Notes under the pieces: model-generated
What the model saw: the letters and a program-made list of their open reading frames with translations, nothing else
Told to the model about the DNA's origin: nothing
Database searches by the model: none
Position numbers and translations under genes: made by a program
Part shown: positions 48,647 to 57,650 of the stretch, one piece after another
Layout: each line of letters opens with the position of its first letter
How positions within the stretch are numbered: the first letter of the stretch is position 1
Source: Spirochaetota bacterium
Lineage (GTDB): Bacteria; Spirochaetota; Spirochaetia; SPDA01; B32-G16
Assembly: GCA_003645645.1 (NCBI GenBank)
Contig: QNBH01000002.1
Location: 1-57,650 of the forward strand
Reading direction: 5' to 3'
Length of the DNA: 57,650 nt

Positions 48647-51022
48647 ATGGATAGAGGTTTAGACTCAGAGTTTTATGAAGTTGTTTTGGCAGGATTATTA
48701 CACGATATAGGTAAGTTTGCTCAGAGGACAGGTCTTGATAAATATAAAAAGACAGAAATGGAAGGCCAGCTATGCAAGAAAGCAGAAAAAGGAGATTATT
48801 ATACACACCAACATGTACTTTACACATTGGGAGTATTGGAATCATTTAAAGGGATATTTCCCGATGGTATAGATATAATTAATGTAATAAATCTTGCCTC
48901 AAGCCATCACAATCCCTCAAAGCATCTCGATAAAATTATTTCCCATGCAGACATAATTTCTTCCGGACATGACAGAAGATCTGAAAAGGAGCTTGAAAAT
49001 GAAAAAAACCAGAAATATTACGAAAAACCTCTAATAAGTGTTTTATGGAGCGTCAGTTTGCCCGGGAAAGTAAACGGCAATGAGGAAAATTGTAAATTAC
49101 CTTTAAAAAAATTATCCCCGGAGACGATCTTTCCACGAAGCGATATTTCTATTTCAAAAAAAGATTACCTTGAATTATGGGAAGATTTTGAAAACGATTT
49201 ATATGAGTTGAGAAATCTGGATATACACCACTTTCTTAGTGCATTAAATACGATACTTGAACAATACACATTGTGCATACCTTCAACCACAGTGGATGAT
49301 CCGGATATTAGTTTATACGATCATCTTATTACAACTGCTGCCTTCTCTGCGGTACTATACAAATATCATAAACAAACGGAATCTCTTGACTCTGATAAGT
49401 CCATTTCAGATACCACCAAAGAGAAATTTCTCTTTGTTATAGGTGATGTCAGCGGCATACAAAGATACATATTTAATCTAAAAACTACAAAACATAACGC
49501 AAAAATGCTTAGGGCCAAATCTTTTGAGATTCAATATATTGCCCAATCGGTTGCAAATACACTTCTCGAAGAATGCGGATTACCTATCTTTTGTGCTTTG
49601 ATGAATGCTGGTGGCAGATTTTTGCTTGTTCTTCCGAATACAGAAAAAACGGCCAAAATACTTAAAGATTTTCGCAGAGCCTGTGAATCATTTTTCCTGG
49701 AAAGGTATTTCGGAGAACTTTCTTTAAATATTTCAAAGGGTGTTTCTGTTGCGGAAAAAGATTTAATTGGTGAAAAAGCTAAAGAATTATTTAGGAAATT
49801 ATCTTTTGATTCTGCTGAGGCAAAGCAGAAAAAACTACAGACTGCTCTTTCATCGGTTGAAAATCATATCATAGGTAAAGAATACAAGAAAATACAGGAG
49901 TATAATTTGGTTTGTAAAAATTGTGATTGCAGAGCTGTAGTTTATGATAATGAGGAAAAGTTATGTCCGCCATGCAAGGTTCTTGTAACTATAGGTACAA
50001 AGCTTCCAAAAGTGAGTTATATAGGTTTCAAACCTCTGGCCTGGAAGAGGGGTAAATTAGATTTTAGCTTAAAAGATGTTCTGCTCAGAGAGGAAGAATC
50101 AGATTTTCCCCCAGGCATAATAATCAATACTGTAAATAGTTATACCCCTGGAAAACCTCTATATAGTATACCCTATCATATTCCGGTTAACAGTGAGTCC
50201 GGAGATCCGTTAACATTCGAAAAATTAGCTGAAAAGAATGAAGGTGCAAAAAAAATTGCAATGTTTAAGGCCGACCTGGATAATCTTGGTGCAATTTTTT
50301 CTTTTGGATTGAAAAAAAGACTTTCTATTTCACGTTATGTTTCTTTAAGCAGGAGCATCAATTATTTTTTCTCTACATGGTTAAACCACGAAATAAAAAA
50401 TTACAAAAAAAATAATAATCCGTCCTTCTCAGATATATACACCGTATTTTCCGGAGGTGACGATCTATGTGTGATAGGTCCATGGGAAAGAGTTATCGAT
50501 TTTGCTTTGCATGTGAGGAAGAAATTTGCAGAGTTCACAGCAGGTAATACTTCACTGACTATTTCAGGCGGTATAGTTTTAGCGGGAAGTAGCTTACCTG
50601 TAAGCTCTATCGCCCATAGTGCAGAAGAAGCACTCGATGCTTCCAAGGAATTGGACGGTAAGAATGCACTTACTATTTTTAATACGACTATGAAATGGGA
50701 TGAGGCTGAAGAGATGGTTAAAGCAGGAGAGAAAATAACTCGACTGTTGAAAGAAAACGGAAAAAAAGAAGAGAAGATCGGACACGGAATTGTTTACAGA
50801 TTGATAGAATACAGTGATCGGGCTTTAAAAGTTAAGAACGGTAATATAAAAAGCAAGAATGTGCTATGGCGAAGTCATTTTTTCTATGATGTTGCTCGCA
50901 ATTTAAAAAACTTGGAAAAGGACGATATGGAGTGGTTTATCAGCCTTGCAGATGAACATTCCATAAAATATTTAAGGGTACCGGCGAGTTATGCACTCTA
51001 CCGGTTAAGAAAAAAAACTTAA
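48647..51022 (+). CDS. cas10: Type III-A Cas10/Csm1
   Basis: HD motif LLHDIGK, DISLYDH, GDVSGIQ, KADLDNLG and Palm2 SGGDDL. Confidence 0.97.
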   Translation: MDRGLDSEFYEVVLAGLLHDIGKFAQRTGLDKYKKTEMEGQLCKKAEKGDYYTHQHVLYTLGVLESFKGIFPDGIDIINVINLASSHHNPSKHLDKIISHADIISSGHDRRSEKELENEKNQKYYEKPLISVLWSVSLPGKVNGNEENCKLPLKKLSPETIFPRSDISISKKDYLELWEDFENDLYELRNLDIHHFLSALNTILEQYTLCIPSTTVDDPDISLYDHLITTAAFSAVLYKYHKQTESLDSDKSISDTTKEKFLFVIGDVSGIQRYIFNLKTTKHNAKMLRAKSFEIQYIAQSVANTLLEECGLPIFCALMNAGGRFLLVLPNTEKTAKILKDFRRACESFFLERYFGELSLNISKGVSVAEKDLIGEKAKELFRKLSFDSAEAKQKKLQTALSSVENHIIGKEYKKIQEYNLVCKNCDCRAVVYDNEEKLCPPCKVLVTIGTKLPKVSYIGFKPLAWKRGKLDFSLKDVLLREEESDFPPGIIINTVNSYTPGKPLYSIPYHIPVNSESGDPLTFEKLAEKNEGAKKIAMFKADLDNLGAIFSFGLKKRLSISRYVSLSRSINYFFSTWLNHEIKNYKKNNNPSFSDIYTVFSGGDDLCVIGPWERVIDFALHVRKKFAEFTAGNTSLTISGGIVLAGSSLPVSSIAHSAEEALDASKELDGKNALTIFNTTMKWDEAEEMVKAGEKITRLLKENGKKEEKIGHGIVYRLIEYSDRALKVKNGNIKSKNVLWRSHFFYDVARNLKNLEKDDMEWFISLADEHSIKYLRVPASYALYRLRKKT

Positions 51023-51033
51023 GGAGGAATGAT

Positions 51034-51462
51034 ATGAGCATTGTTTTTTACGAACAAGGATCGGACTTGGTTAGATCGGAGTTATTCGATAAGGATGCAA
51101 AGCAATGGGCCGAGAGGTTGGTTAAACCAATAGGAGAGAGAAAAGTAAAGGGAGTAAGCAGGCATCAATTCAGAAGACTATTCGAAGAGGTAAAACGGTT
51201 ACAGAAGATGCTTATCAATGAAAAAAGAAAGTGGGCTTATGTTAAGCCCTTTGTGAAAATGCTTAAGCCCAAAACAGCATACACGGTTGCCCGGGCAAAA
51301 GATAAAGAAAAAAATGCCGGTGTGTATTACGATGCATTAAAAGACCTTTTTAATGAAGGTATAGATGGAGTAAATACAGAGCGAGACTTTAGAGCTTTCT
51401 GTGATTTCCTCGAAGCAGTTTACGGATACTACTACGAATTAGGCGGTGTAAATACAAAATAA
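51034..51462 (+). CDS. csm2: Csm2 small subunit
   Basis: SRHQFRRLF, AYTVAR and F.DFLEAVYGY motifs; position after cas10. Confidence 0.93.
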   Translation: MSIVFYEQGSDLVRSELFDKDAKQWAERLVKPIGERKVKGVSRHQFRRLFEEVKRLQKMLINEKRKWAYVKPFVKMLKPKTAYTVARAKDKEKNAGVYYDALKDLFNEGIDGVNTERDFRAFCDFLEAVYGYYYELGGVNTK

Positions 51463-51491
51463 TGATAATCAATTATTAAGGAGGATTAAAA

Positions 51492-52184
51492 ATGGCTTAC
51501 AACAAACACTACATTAAAAGTATAACCGGAAAAATTAAAGTATTAACAGGACTGCACATTGGTGCAGGCAGTGATGTTATCGAAATAGGCGGAATGGACA
51601 ATCCCATAATCAAGAATCCCATAACAGGTGAGCCCTATATTCCAGGTTCATCTTTAAAGGGAAAGATGAGAAGCCTTATGGAATGGTACTTCAACAAAGT
51701 AAAAGTTAACGGCGGAGAACCGTGTAAATGCGGAGAACCTGATTGTGAAATCTGCAGGGTTTTCGGTTGTGCCATACAAAATACAGAGAAGTCAGTTGAA
51801 AAATCAAAAAAGCGAGGTCCTACAAGACTTATAGTGAGGGATGCATTTCTCACTGAGGAAACTAAAGAGAAATTTGCCGGTAAGAATCTTGTTGAAGATA
51901 AAAGTGAAAACTCAATAAACAGACTCACTGCTGCTGCCACCCCTCGCCATCTGGAAAGGGTAGTACCTGGAACTGAATTCGACTTTTCATTATCCTACAG
52001 GTTTTTTGACATGGAAGATGGTTTTGAGATAGATGAGAGATATTTCAGGGATGTAGTTCTAAAAGCATTGGCCATTCTGGAACATGATTTTTTAGGAGGA
52101 GGAGGAAGCAGGGGCAGTGGTAAAATTATGTTTGTAGACTTAAGAGATGAAAAGGAGAAGGAAGTAATATTGCCGGAGGTGTAA
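51492..52184 (+). CDS. csm3: Csm3 RAMP
   Basis: TGLHIG, IGGMDNP (catalytic Asp), PYIPGSSLKGKMRS and LGGGGSRGSG motifs. Confidence 0.96.
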   Translation: MAYNKHYIKSITGKIKVLTGLHIGAGSDVIEIGGMDNPIIKNPITGEPYIPGSSLKGKMRSLMEWYFNKVKVNGGEPCKCGEPDCEICRVFGCAIQNTEKSVEKSKKRGPTRLIVRDAFLTEETKEKFAGKNLVEDKSENSINRLTAAATPRHLERVVPGTEFDFSLSYRFFDMEDGFEIDERYFRDVVLKALAILEHDFLGGGGSRGSGKIMFVDLRDEKEKEVILPEV

Positions 52185-52189
52185 GATTT

Positions 52190-53134
52190 ATGAAAACCTT
52201 TAAAATACAGGTTGAGGTTAAATCGCCATTACTTACTCCTCTCCATGGCGATACTCTTTTCGGCCATTTGTGCTGGGGAATAGTCAGGCATGAGGGTGAA
52301 GATGCTCTACAGGAGTTTTTCTTAAAGTACAAAGATGTTAATACCATACCTATTATCTTATCCAATGCTTTCCCGGAAGATACTATTCCATACCCACAGT
52401 TAAGTCCTTCGATGTTAAAAGAGACTGACAATATAGAGGAATATAAATTAAGAAAAAAAGAAAAAAAATATTCCTGCATTCCTGCAGAGTTGATTCTTAA
52501 TAACAATCAAAAAATATCAAGAGAGACGATTCACAATTCGGTCAGAGAAAAAACGATCGAGTCATATAGGGCATGCTCCAGATTACGAAATAAAATAAAT
52601 AGGTTAAGCAATACCACATTTGAAGACTCTGTATATCCGGTTGAGGAAATCTGGTATTTCGAACGATATAAAAACGGCAAGTCCTTACCAGCTCTTTTAG
52701 ACATATATGCACTATCCAATGAGAATGAAAATCGAATCGAAGAATTACTAGAGTGGGCAATAGAGACAGGTTATGGAGCAGACAAGTCTCTGGGGTATGG
52801 AATACTTAATATAAAAGGAATCGAAGAAGTTTTCTTTCCCGAGACTGGTAACAGATGTATGGCTTTAGGTCATTTTGTACCAGAGAAAAACGAGAATCTT
52901 AAAAACTTAAAAGCAGATGTATTTACAAAATACGGTAAGTTGAGTGGGGATAAATTATTATCGTCGAATCCATTTAAAAAACCTATTGTCATGTACCGTG
53001 AAGGAGCAACGTTTGATTTTTCTGGTCAACAATTTGTAGGAACCCTTTTGAAAGATGTACATGCAGACAATAGAATCAGACATCATGCTTTTGCTCCTTT
53101 AATACGATTCACAGAGGAGGAGAAGACTTCATGA
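52190..53134 (+). CDS. csm4: Csm4 RAMP
   Basis: HGDTLFGHL, LSNAFP, GYGADKSLGYG and YREGATF motifs. Confidence 0.93.
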   Translation: MKTFKIQVEVKSPLLTPLHGDTLFGHLCWGIVRHEGEDALQEFFLKYKDVNTIPIILSNAFPEDTIPYPQLSPSMLKETDNIEEYKLRKKEKKYSCIPAELILNNNQKISRETIHNSVREKTIESYRACSRLRNKINRLSNTTFEDSVYPVEEIWYFERYKNGKSLPALLDIYALSNENENRIEELLEWAIETGYGADKSLGYGILNIKGIEEVFFPETGNRCMALGHFVPEKNENLKNLKADVFTKYGKLSGDKLLSSNPFKKPIVMYREGATFDFSGQQFVGTLLKDVHADNRIRHHAFAPLIRFTEEEKTS

Positions 53135-54285
53135 ACAGCATAAAACATAGATACATATTAAAAATTACACCTTTGACTGCAGTACATATAGGAACTGGAT
53201 TGGAACTAACTCCTTTTAACTATGTCATTAAGTTAAATAAAAATAGGACTCCGACTTTATATAGATTTATTCCGGGACAGGTAATTTCATTTTTAAGTTC
53301 TGAACAAAAAAAAGAACTTGAGAAATTATCAGAAAGCGGAAATATTCTTCCTCTAAGAAAGTTTCTTTATAATAACTTCAAAGCTGGTATGGAAATATAT
53401 TCATTACCTGTTTCAAAAGATATAGCAAAATCTTACGTTAATAATCTTCAATCAGAGAGAAATCAATTAATTATTAACGAAATGTACCGTAAAGGGGATA
53501 TTTACTCTCCTGTAATTCCCGGTAGTTCGCTGAAGGGAGCCATCAGAACGGCGGTATTGAATAAAAAAGTACGAGAAAAAACAAGCAGGGGATATGCTGT
53601 GCCTAAAATAAATAAAGAAATTCAAAAGCAGGCTTTGAATTATAAAGATGCAAAAGACGATCCTTTCAGAGCTGTCAGCATCTCGGATTGTGTTATTAAG
53701 AAAAGAAGTAAGAATCAAATTGTATCCAATCTTTTTATATATAAGAATACCAGGGGAGAAAACTCGAGAATAGAGATGCAGATGACCTATGAGCTTATAA
53801 GGGGGAAATTGTTTAACGGCAGTGCAATTGGGGGAGTTGAATTACTCATTGATAATCCTTTAATTGAGTTTCCACCTGTTGGAAATTGGGAAGGTATAAA
53901 AGTTAAACTCAATATTAAAGAGATTGCCGATTCCTGCAACAAGTTTTATAAGGATGCATTTAAAGAAGAGTTTAACAAACACTACGGTTCTTGTAACGAG
54001 TTTCTGCTAAAGAATAATCTCGAAATGCTTGAAAGGGAAATAGATGACATAGGTTCTGATTCTAATAAAATTTCATTTTTACTTAGAGTTGGAAGATTCA
54101 GTCAGGTGGAATGTGTAACCCTGGAAGAGCCATACAGATCACCATTCAACAAAAAAGGATATGGTAAAACAAGAACGCTTGCAAGGTACAATGATCTGGA
54201 GATGCCCTTAGGATGGGTTAGGGTAGATGTAGAGAAAGCATACATAAATGGAAAGCCAACTGAAAGGGCGGTATATCATAACTAG
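53131..54285 (+). CDS. csm5: Csm5 RAMP
   Basis: LTAVHIGTG, IPGSSLKGAIRTA, DPFR, LRVGR and PLGWV motifs. Confidence 0.93.
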   Translation: MNSIKHRYILKITPLTAVHIGTGLELTPFNYVIKLNKNRTPTLYRFIPGQVISFLSSEQKKELEKLSESGNILPLRKFLYNNFKAGMEIYSLPVSKDIAKSYVNNLQSERNQLIINEMYRKGDIYSPVIPGSSLKGAIRTAVLNKKVREKTSRGYAVPKINKEIQKQALNYKDAKDDPFRAVSISDCVIKKRSKNQIVSNLFIYKNTRGENSRIEMQMTYELIRGKLFNGSAIGGVELLIDNPLIEFPPVGNWEGIKVKLNIKEIADSCNKFYKDAFKEEFNKHYGSCNEFLLKNNLEMLEREIDDIGSDSNKISFLLRVGRFSQVECVTLEEPYRSPFNKKGYGKTRTLARYNDLEMPLGWVRVDVEKAYINGKPTERAVYHN

Positions 54286-54296
54286 GTAAAACTGAA

Positions 54297-54701
54297 ATGA
54301 AACCTTCATTTTTCATATTGATGAATCACGAACTAACGCCTCACCAGGAAAAGGAAGTAAAGGAAGTGATGAAATGCAGGTGTATCATCACTCCGCCAAA
54401 AAAGATAAAAGATATCTGGATAAAAATAACTCCTTACGGAATGATCGACACAGAAGCATTAGAGGAGATTACGGATTATCTATCAATAAAAGCCAGGGAA
54501 GGAGATTACGTTCTAGTCCAGGGAGAGTTCGGAGCCACCTTCTATATCGTAGATTACTGTTTCTGGAATGGGTTGGTTCCTGTTTATGCAACTTCCGAGA
54601 GGCGGTACAACGAAAGACATACAGAAGAGGGAAGCATAGAAAGACATCATATATTCAGCCATGTGCAGTTCAGAAAATATGTTAGATGGAGGAATCCATG
54701 A
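54297..54701 (+). CDS. csx20: Csx20-like protein, putative ring nuclease
   Basis: NHELT..Q, GDYVLVQGEFGATF, PVYATSER and FSHVQFRKY motifs. Confidence 0.78.
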   Translation: MKPSFFILMNHELTPHQEKEVKEVMKCRCIITPPKKIKDIWIKITPYGMIDTEALEEITDYLSIKAREGDYVLVQGEFGATFYIVDYCFWNGLVPVYATSERRYNERHTEEGSIERHHIFSHVQFRKYVRWRNP

Positions 54702-55990
54702 GTAACGTATTTTTATCCTTTCTGGGAACAAGCGATTATAAAACGTGTAATTACCATTACGGAAACAAGATAAGAAAAACTGTAGTATTCGCCCAGGAAG
54801 CTATTCTTAATTTTTTTTGCATGCACTTTAAAGAAAATGACAAGATACTAATTTTCCTTACAGAAAAAGCAAAGGAGAAAAATTGGGAGAAAAACAGTAA
54901 AGGTATTGGACTTAAAGAAACCATTGAAAACTTAGAACTTCCTGCACAATTGATACCGGTATCAATTCCAGAAGGCAACTCGGAAGAAGAAATATGGAAA
55001 ATTTTCGAAATTGTTTATGAGCACCTTGAACCGGAGGATGAGGTGATCCTCGATATAACCCACTCATTCAGATCGATCCCCATGTTAACAATGGTTCTTC
55101 TCAACTACACGCGATTCCTTAAAGATATAAAAATAAAAGGTATCTATTACGGAGCCTACGAAGCACGTATTGGTGAAGATGCGCCTGTTTTCGACCTTAC
55201 GAGTTTCGAACGGTTGCAACGTTGGAGTATTGCAGCAGAAAACTTTGTAAATCATGGGATAACGGATGCCATTGCAAATCTTGTTTATCCTCAGGTGAAT
55301 CCATTGTTAAAAGAAAGCATGGGCTCGAATGAAAGTGCGAAGGCGGAAAGTTATTTTGCTAAACTTTTAAACAGAGTCGGAAGTTATTTCAGTACGGTGA
55401 GGGGGAAAAGAATCTACATGGGTAGAGAAATAAATCGCCTTAAGCAGAATCTCAATCAAGTAAAAGAGGGCGAACTGATAATCAAACCCTTAAGACCATT
55501 GTTGGATAAAGTCCGTCAAAAGATAGAAGCTTTCAAGCCTGAGTCCATAGACAATATGATAGAAGCAGTAAAATGGTGTATAAATCATGATCTTATTCAG
55601 CAGGGGATAACAATGCTGCAGGAGACAATTATCTCTTATATCCTCGAAGAGAACGGGCTTGAGTGGTATGCGAAGGATAGAGCAACATCTGAGAAGAAAA
55701 AGAAAGTTAAGAGGTTAAGAGAAGATTTATCCCAGGCGATCCATCTATATGGCAAAAACGGCGATAGAAACGATTGGGATTATGAGTTTAAAATTCACAG
55801 CAAAATAATCAAGAAGGTAATAGAAAGTGAATCTTTTCAACGACTGTTTAAAACCAATGAAAAATTAAGGGATCTGCGTAACGATATAAATCACGCCGGT
55901 TTGATAGATGATTTTGAGCCGGGCAATTTTAAAGATAAACTTAAAAGCTCATTTGAAGAGATAAAGAAAATTATATTGTATGGAGGATAA
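54698..55990 (+). CDS. csx1: Csx1/TM1812-type CARF-HEPN ribonuclease
   Basis: FLSFLGT..Y, LDITHSFRS, YYGAYE and the HEPN motif RNDINH; GGAGG RBS. Confidence 0.9.
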   Translation: MSNVFLSFLGTSDYKTCNYHYGNKIRKTVVFAQEAILNFFCMHFKENDKILIFLTEKAKEKNWEKNSKGIGLKETIENLELPAQLIPVSIPEGNSEEEIWKIFEIVYEHLEPEDEVILDITHSFRSIPMLTMVLLNYTRFLKDIKIKGIYYGAYEARIGEDAPVFDLTSFERLQRWSIAAENFVNHGITDAIANLVYPQVNPLLKESMGSNESAKAESYFAKLLNRVGSYFSTVRGKRIYMGREINRLKQNLNQVKEGELIIKPLRPLLDKVRQKIEAFKPESIDNMIEAVKWCINHDLIQQGITMLQETIISYILEENGLEWYAKDRATSEKKKKVKRLREDLSQAIHLYGKNGDRNDWDYEFKIHSKIIKKVIESESFQRLFKTNEKLRDLRNDINHAGLIDDFEPGNFKDKLKSSFEEIKKIILYGG

Positions 55991-55992
55991 AT

Positions 55993-57078
55993 GTGTCCAC
56001 CATATATATTGTTTCCGATTACGGAAAACTTATTAAGAAAAATAAAACACTTCAACTTACAAGCAACGATGGAACCACTACAATCATTTTCCCATATAAA
56101 ACCGATCAACTGGTTGTGATGGGAAGTATCGAGATAACAGGGCCTGCACTCAAACTTCTTATGAGATACAACATCGATACCGTTTTCCTTGGAAAAAACG
56201 GAAAATACAACGGTAAAATAGCTTTCCAGGAGAGCAAGAACGTATTCTTAAGACAGAAACAGTTTAAGATGCTTGAGGATAGGGATTTTGTACTCGATTT
56301 CTCAAAATCGGTTGTCAGGGCAAAGCTTAAAAATCAGCTTACCTTCATGCAGAGAATCCACCGCAGAAGGGAAAATGCAAAGCAGTTGCATAAAACGATA
56401 TTAAACATGAAGCTTAATCTCGAAAGGGTTGAGGAAGCCGGAAGTGCGGAACAGTTGAGAGGGATTGAGGGGCTCGGAGCGAGATACTTCTTCTCTCTTT
56501 TTCGGGAAAATATAATACAGGACTGGGCTGTTTTCAAGGGAAGGAGTATGCATCCTCCCGAAGATAACGTTAATGCGGTGTTGAGTTTTCTCTACACCCT
56601 CCTGTTTTTTCGTGTGGATGGAGCCATCGAATCTGAAGGGCTGGATAGTTTTGTAGGATATTTTCATTCCCTGGATTACGGGAAAAGAACCCTGTCCTTT
56701 GATTTAATGGAGGAGTTTCGCACTCCCCTTGCCGATACGCTTTGTTGTTCTCTTTTCAATCTGGCAATTCTGGAAGAAAATGACTTTGAAGAGGTCGTTT
56801 TTTCTGTCGATGACATCGATTACCCTCTTGAGGATGATGGTGAGGAGGAGAAAGGAGAAGGCTCTGTACTATATCAAGAGAAAAAAGGGGTGTTGCTTAC
56901 AAAGAAGGGGTTGAGAAAAGCACTTAAACAATTCGAGAAAAAACTGGAGGATCAATATTATTATCAACCTTTAAAGAGACAGATAAGTTATAAGAAACTT
57001 ATAAGAGAACAGGTAAAACATTTTAAGAGGGTATTAAACGGAGAAGAGAAAATGTACAAGCCAATGGTAATAAAATAA
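55993..57078 (+). CDS. cas1: CRISPR integrase Cas1
   Basis: LRGIEG...YF, PPEDNVNAVLSFLY, GYFH and DLMEEFR motifs. Confidence 0.97.
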   Translation: MSTIYIVSDYGKLIKKNKTLQLTSNDGTTTIIFPYKTDQLVVMGSIEITGPALKLLMRYNIDTVFLGKNGKYNGKIAFQESKNVFLRQKQFKMLEDRDFVLDFSKSVVRAKLKNQLTFMQRIHRRRENAKQLHKTILNMKLNLERVEEAGSAEQLRGIEGLGARYFFSLFRENIIQDWAVFKGRSMHPPEDNVNAVLSFLYTLLFFRVDGAIESEGLDSFVGYFHSLDYGKRTLSFDLMEEFRTPLADTLCCSLFNLAILEENDFEEVVFSVDDIDYPLEDDGEEEKGEGSVLYQEKKGVLLTKKGLRKALKQFEKKLEDQYYYQPLKRQISYKKLIREQVKHFKRVLNGEEKMYKPMVIK

Positions 57079-57091
57079 TAGAAAGACATAT

Positions 57092-57367
57092 ATGATTTAT
57101 ATGTTCTGTTATGATATATCTGATGATAAAAGACTTCGCAGAACGGCTAAGGTTCTGGAGCAGTTTGGGATCAGGGTTCAGAAATCATTTTTCCAGTGTG
57201 AGATGGAAAAGCAGAGGATGCAGGAGCTAAAAGATAAAATAAGGAAAGTAATTAACGAAAGAAAAGATTATTTCTTTATTTATCCGTTATGTGAAGATTG
57301 CAGCAGAAAGGCTCTGACCGATGGCACGGGAGAACTTATCAGGTTGGAGGCTTTTGAGATCTTATGA
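57092..57367 (+). CDS. cas2: Cas2
   Basis: YDISDDKRL and RVQKSFF motifs. Confidence 0.95.
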   Translation: MIYMFCYDISDDKRLRRTAKVLEQFGIRVQKSFFQCEMEKQRMQELKDKIRKVINERKDYFFIYPLCEDCSRKALTDGTGELIRLEAFEIL

Positions 57368-57648
57368 AGCACTGGCTTGTTATCTATGATATCAGGAATG
57401 AGAAACGATTACACCGTGTGGCAAAAACAATGGAACGGTATGGGACAAGAGTACAGAAATCAGTATTTGAGATAGAAGCCGGAAATAAAACCATTAAAAG
57501 ACTCAGAAATCAAGTTAATGATATAATAGAAAGTGAAGATTTTGTAGTATATTTCGACATTTGCGAGAGGGACTGGCAGAAAAGAATGAAGTACGGTCCG
57601 AAAAAGTTTAAGGGGAAACCCTGTGATAAAGAATATCTTATAATTTAA
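57364..57648 (+). CDS. cas2: Second Cas2
   Basis: YDIRNEKRL and RVQKSVFE motifs. Confidence 0.93.
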   Translation: MKHWLVIYDIRNEKRLHRVAKTMERYGTRVQKSVFEIEAGNKTIKRLRNQVNDIIESEDFVVYFDICERDWQKRMKYGPKKFKGKPCDKEYLII

Positions 57649-57650
57649 GA

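Noticed and set aside
44319-57650. CRISPR array belonging to the type III-A locus
   Set aside because: No run of three or more regularly spaced repeats was seen. The array probably lies beyond the window end.

Overview
Bacterial chromosomal window; lipoprotein-style signal peptides such as 'FSAGKQE' and 'FAGGQKE' suggest Spirochaetota (inference). 1-10 kb: housekeeping and miscellaneous genes, including a frameshifted PEGA protein, a DUF1707 protein, an fpg remnant, ligA, a GntR regulator, aconitase, icd, NifU and an HD protein. 10-27 kb: a sugar/inositol catabolic island. It has an unusual ABC-ATPase/histidine-kinase fusion and an NtrC-type activator with a sigma54 promoter in front of a CUT2 ABC transporter, then a deleted TRAP system, kduI/kduD, IclR, LacI and a Thermotoga-type iolMNO-iolG pathway. 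27-43 kb: HicB and IS remnants, two CUT1 ABC operons, a nitrilase, a GntR/solute-binding-protein fusion and a GH38 hydrolase. 42.7-57.6 kb: a type III-A CRISPR-Cas locus (cas6, CARF-adenosine deaminase, NUDIX, cas10, csm2-5, csx20, csx1, cas1, two cas2). A divergent CARF-like sigma54 activator sits upstream, and a consensus -24/-12 promoter points into the cas operon. No CRISPR array, rRNA or tRNA was recognised in the window. The best candidates for undescribed biology are (i) cyclic-oligonucleotide/sigma54 transcriptional control of the type III operon and (ii) the ABC-ATPase-kinase transport-flux sensor. All calls come from motif reading by eye; no database searches were run.
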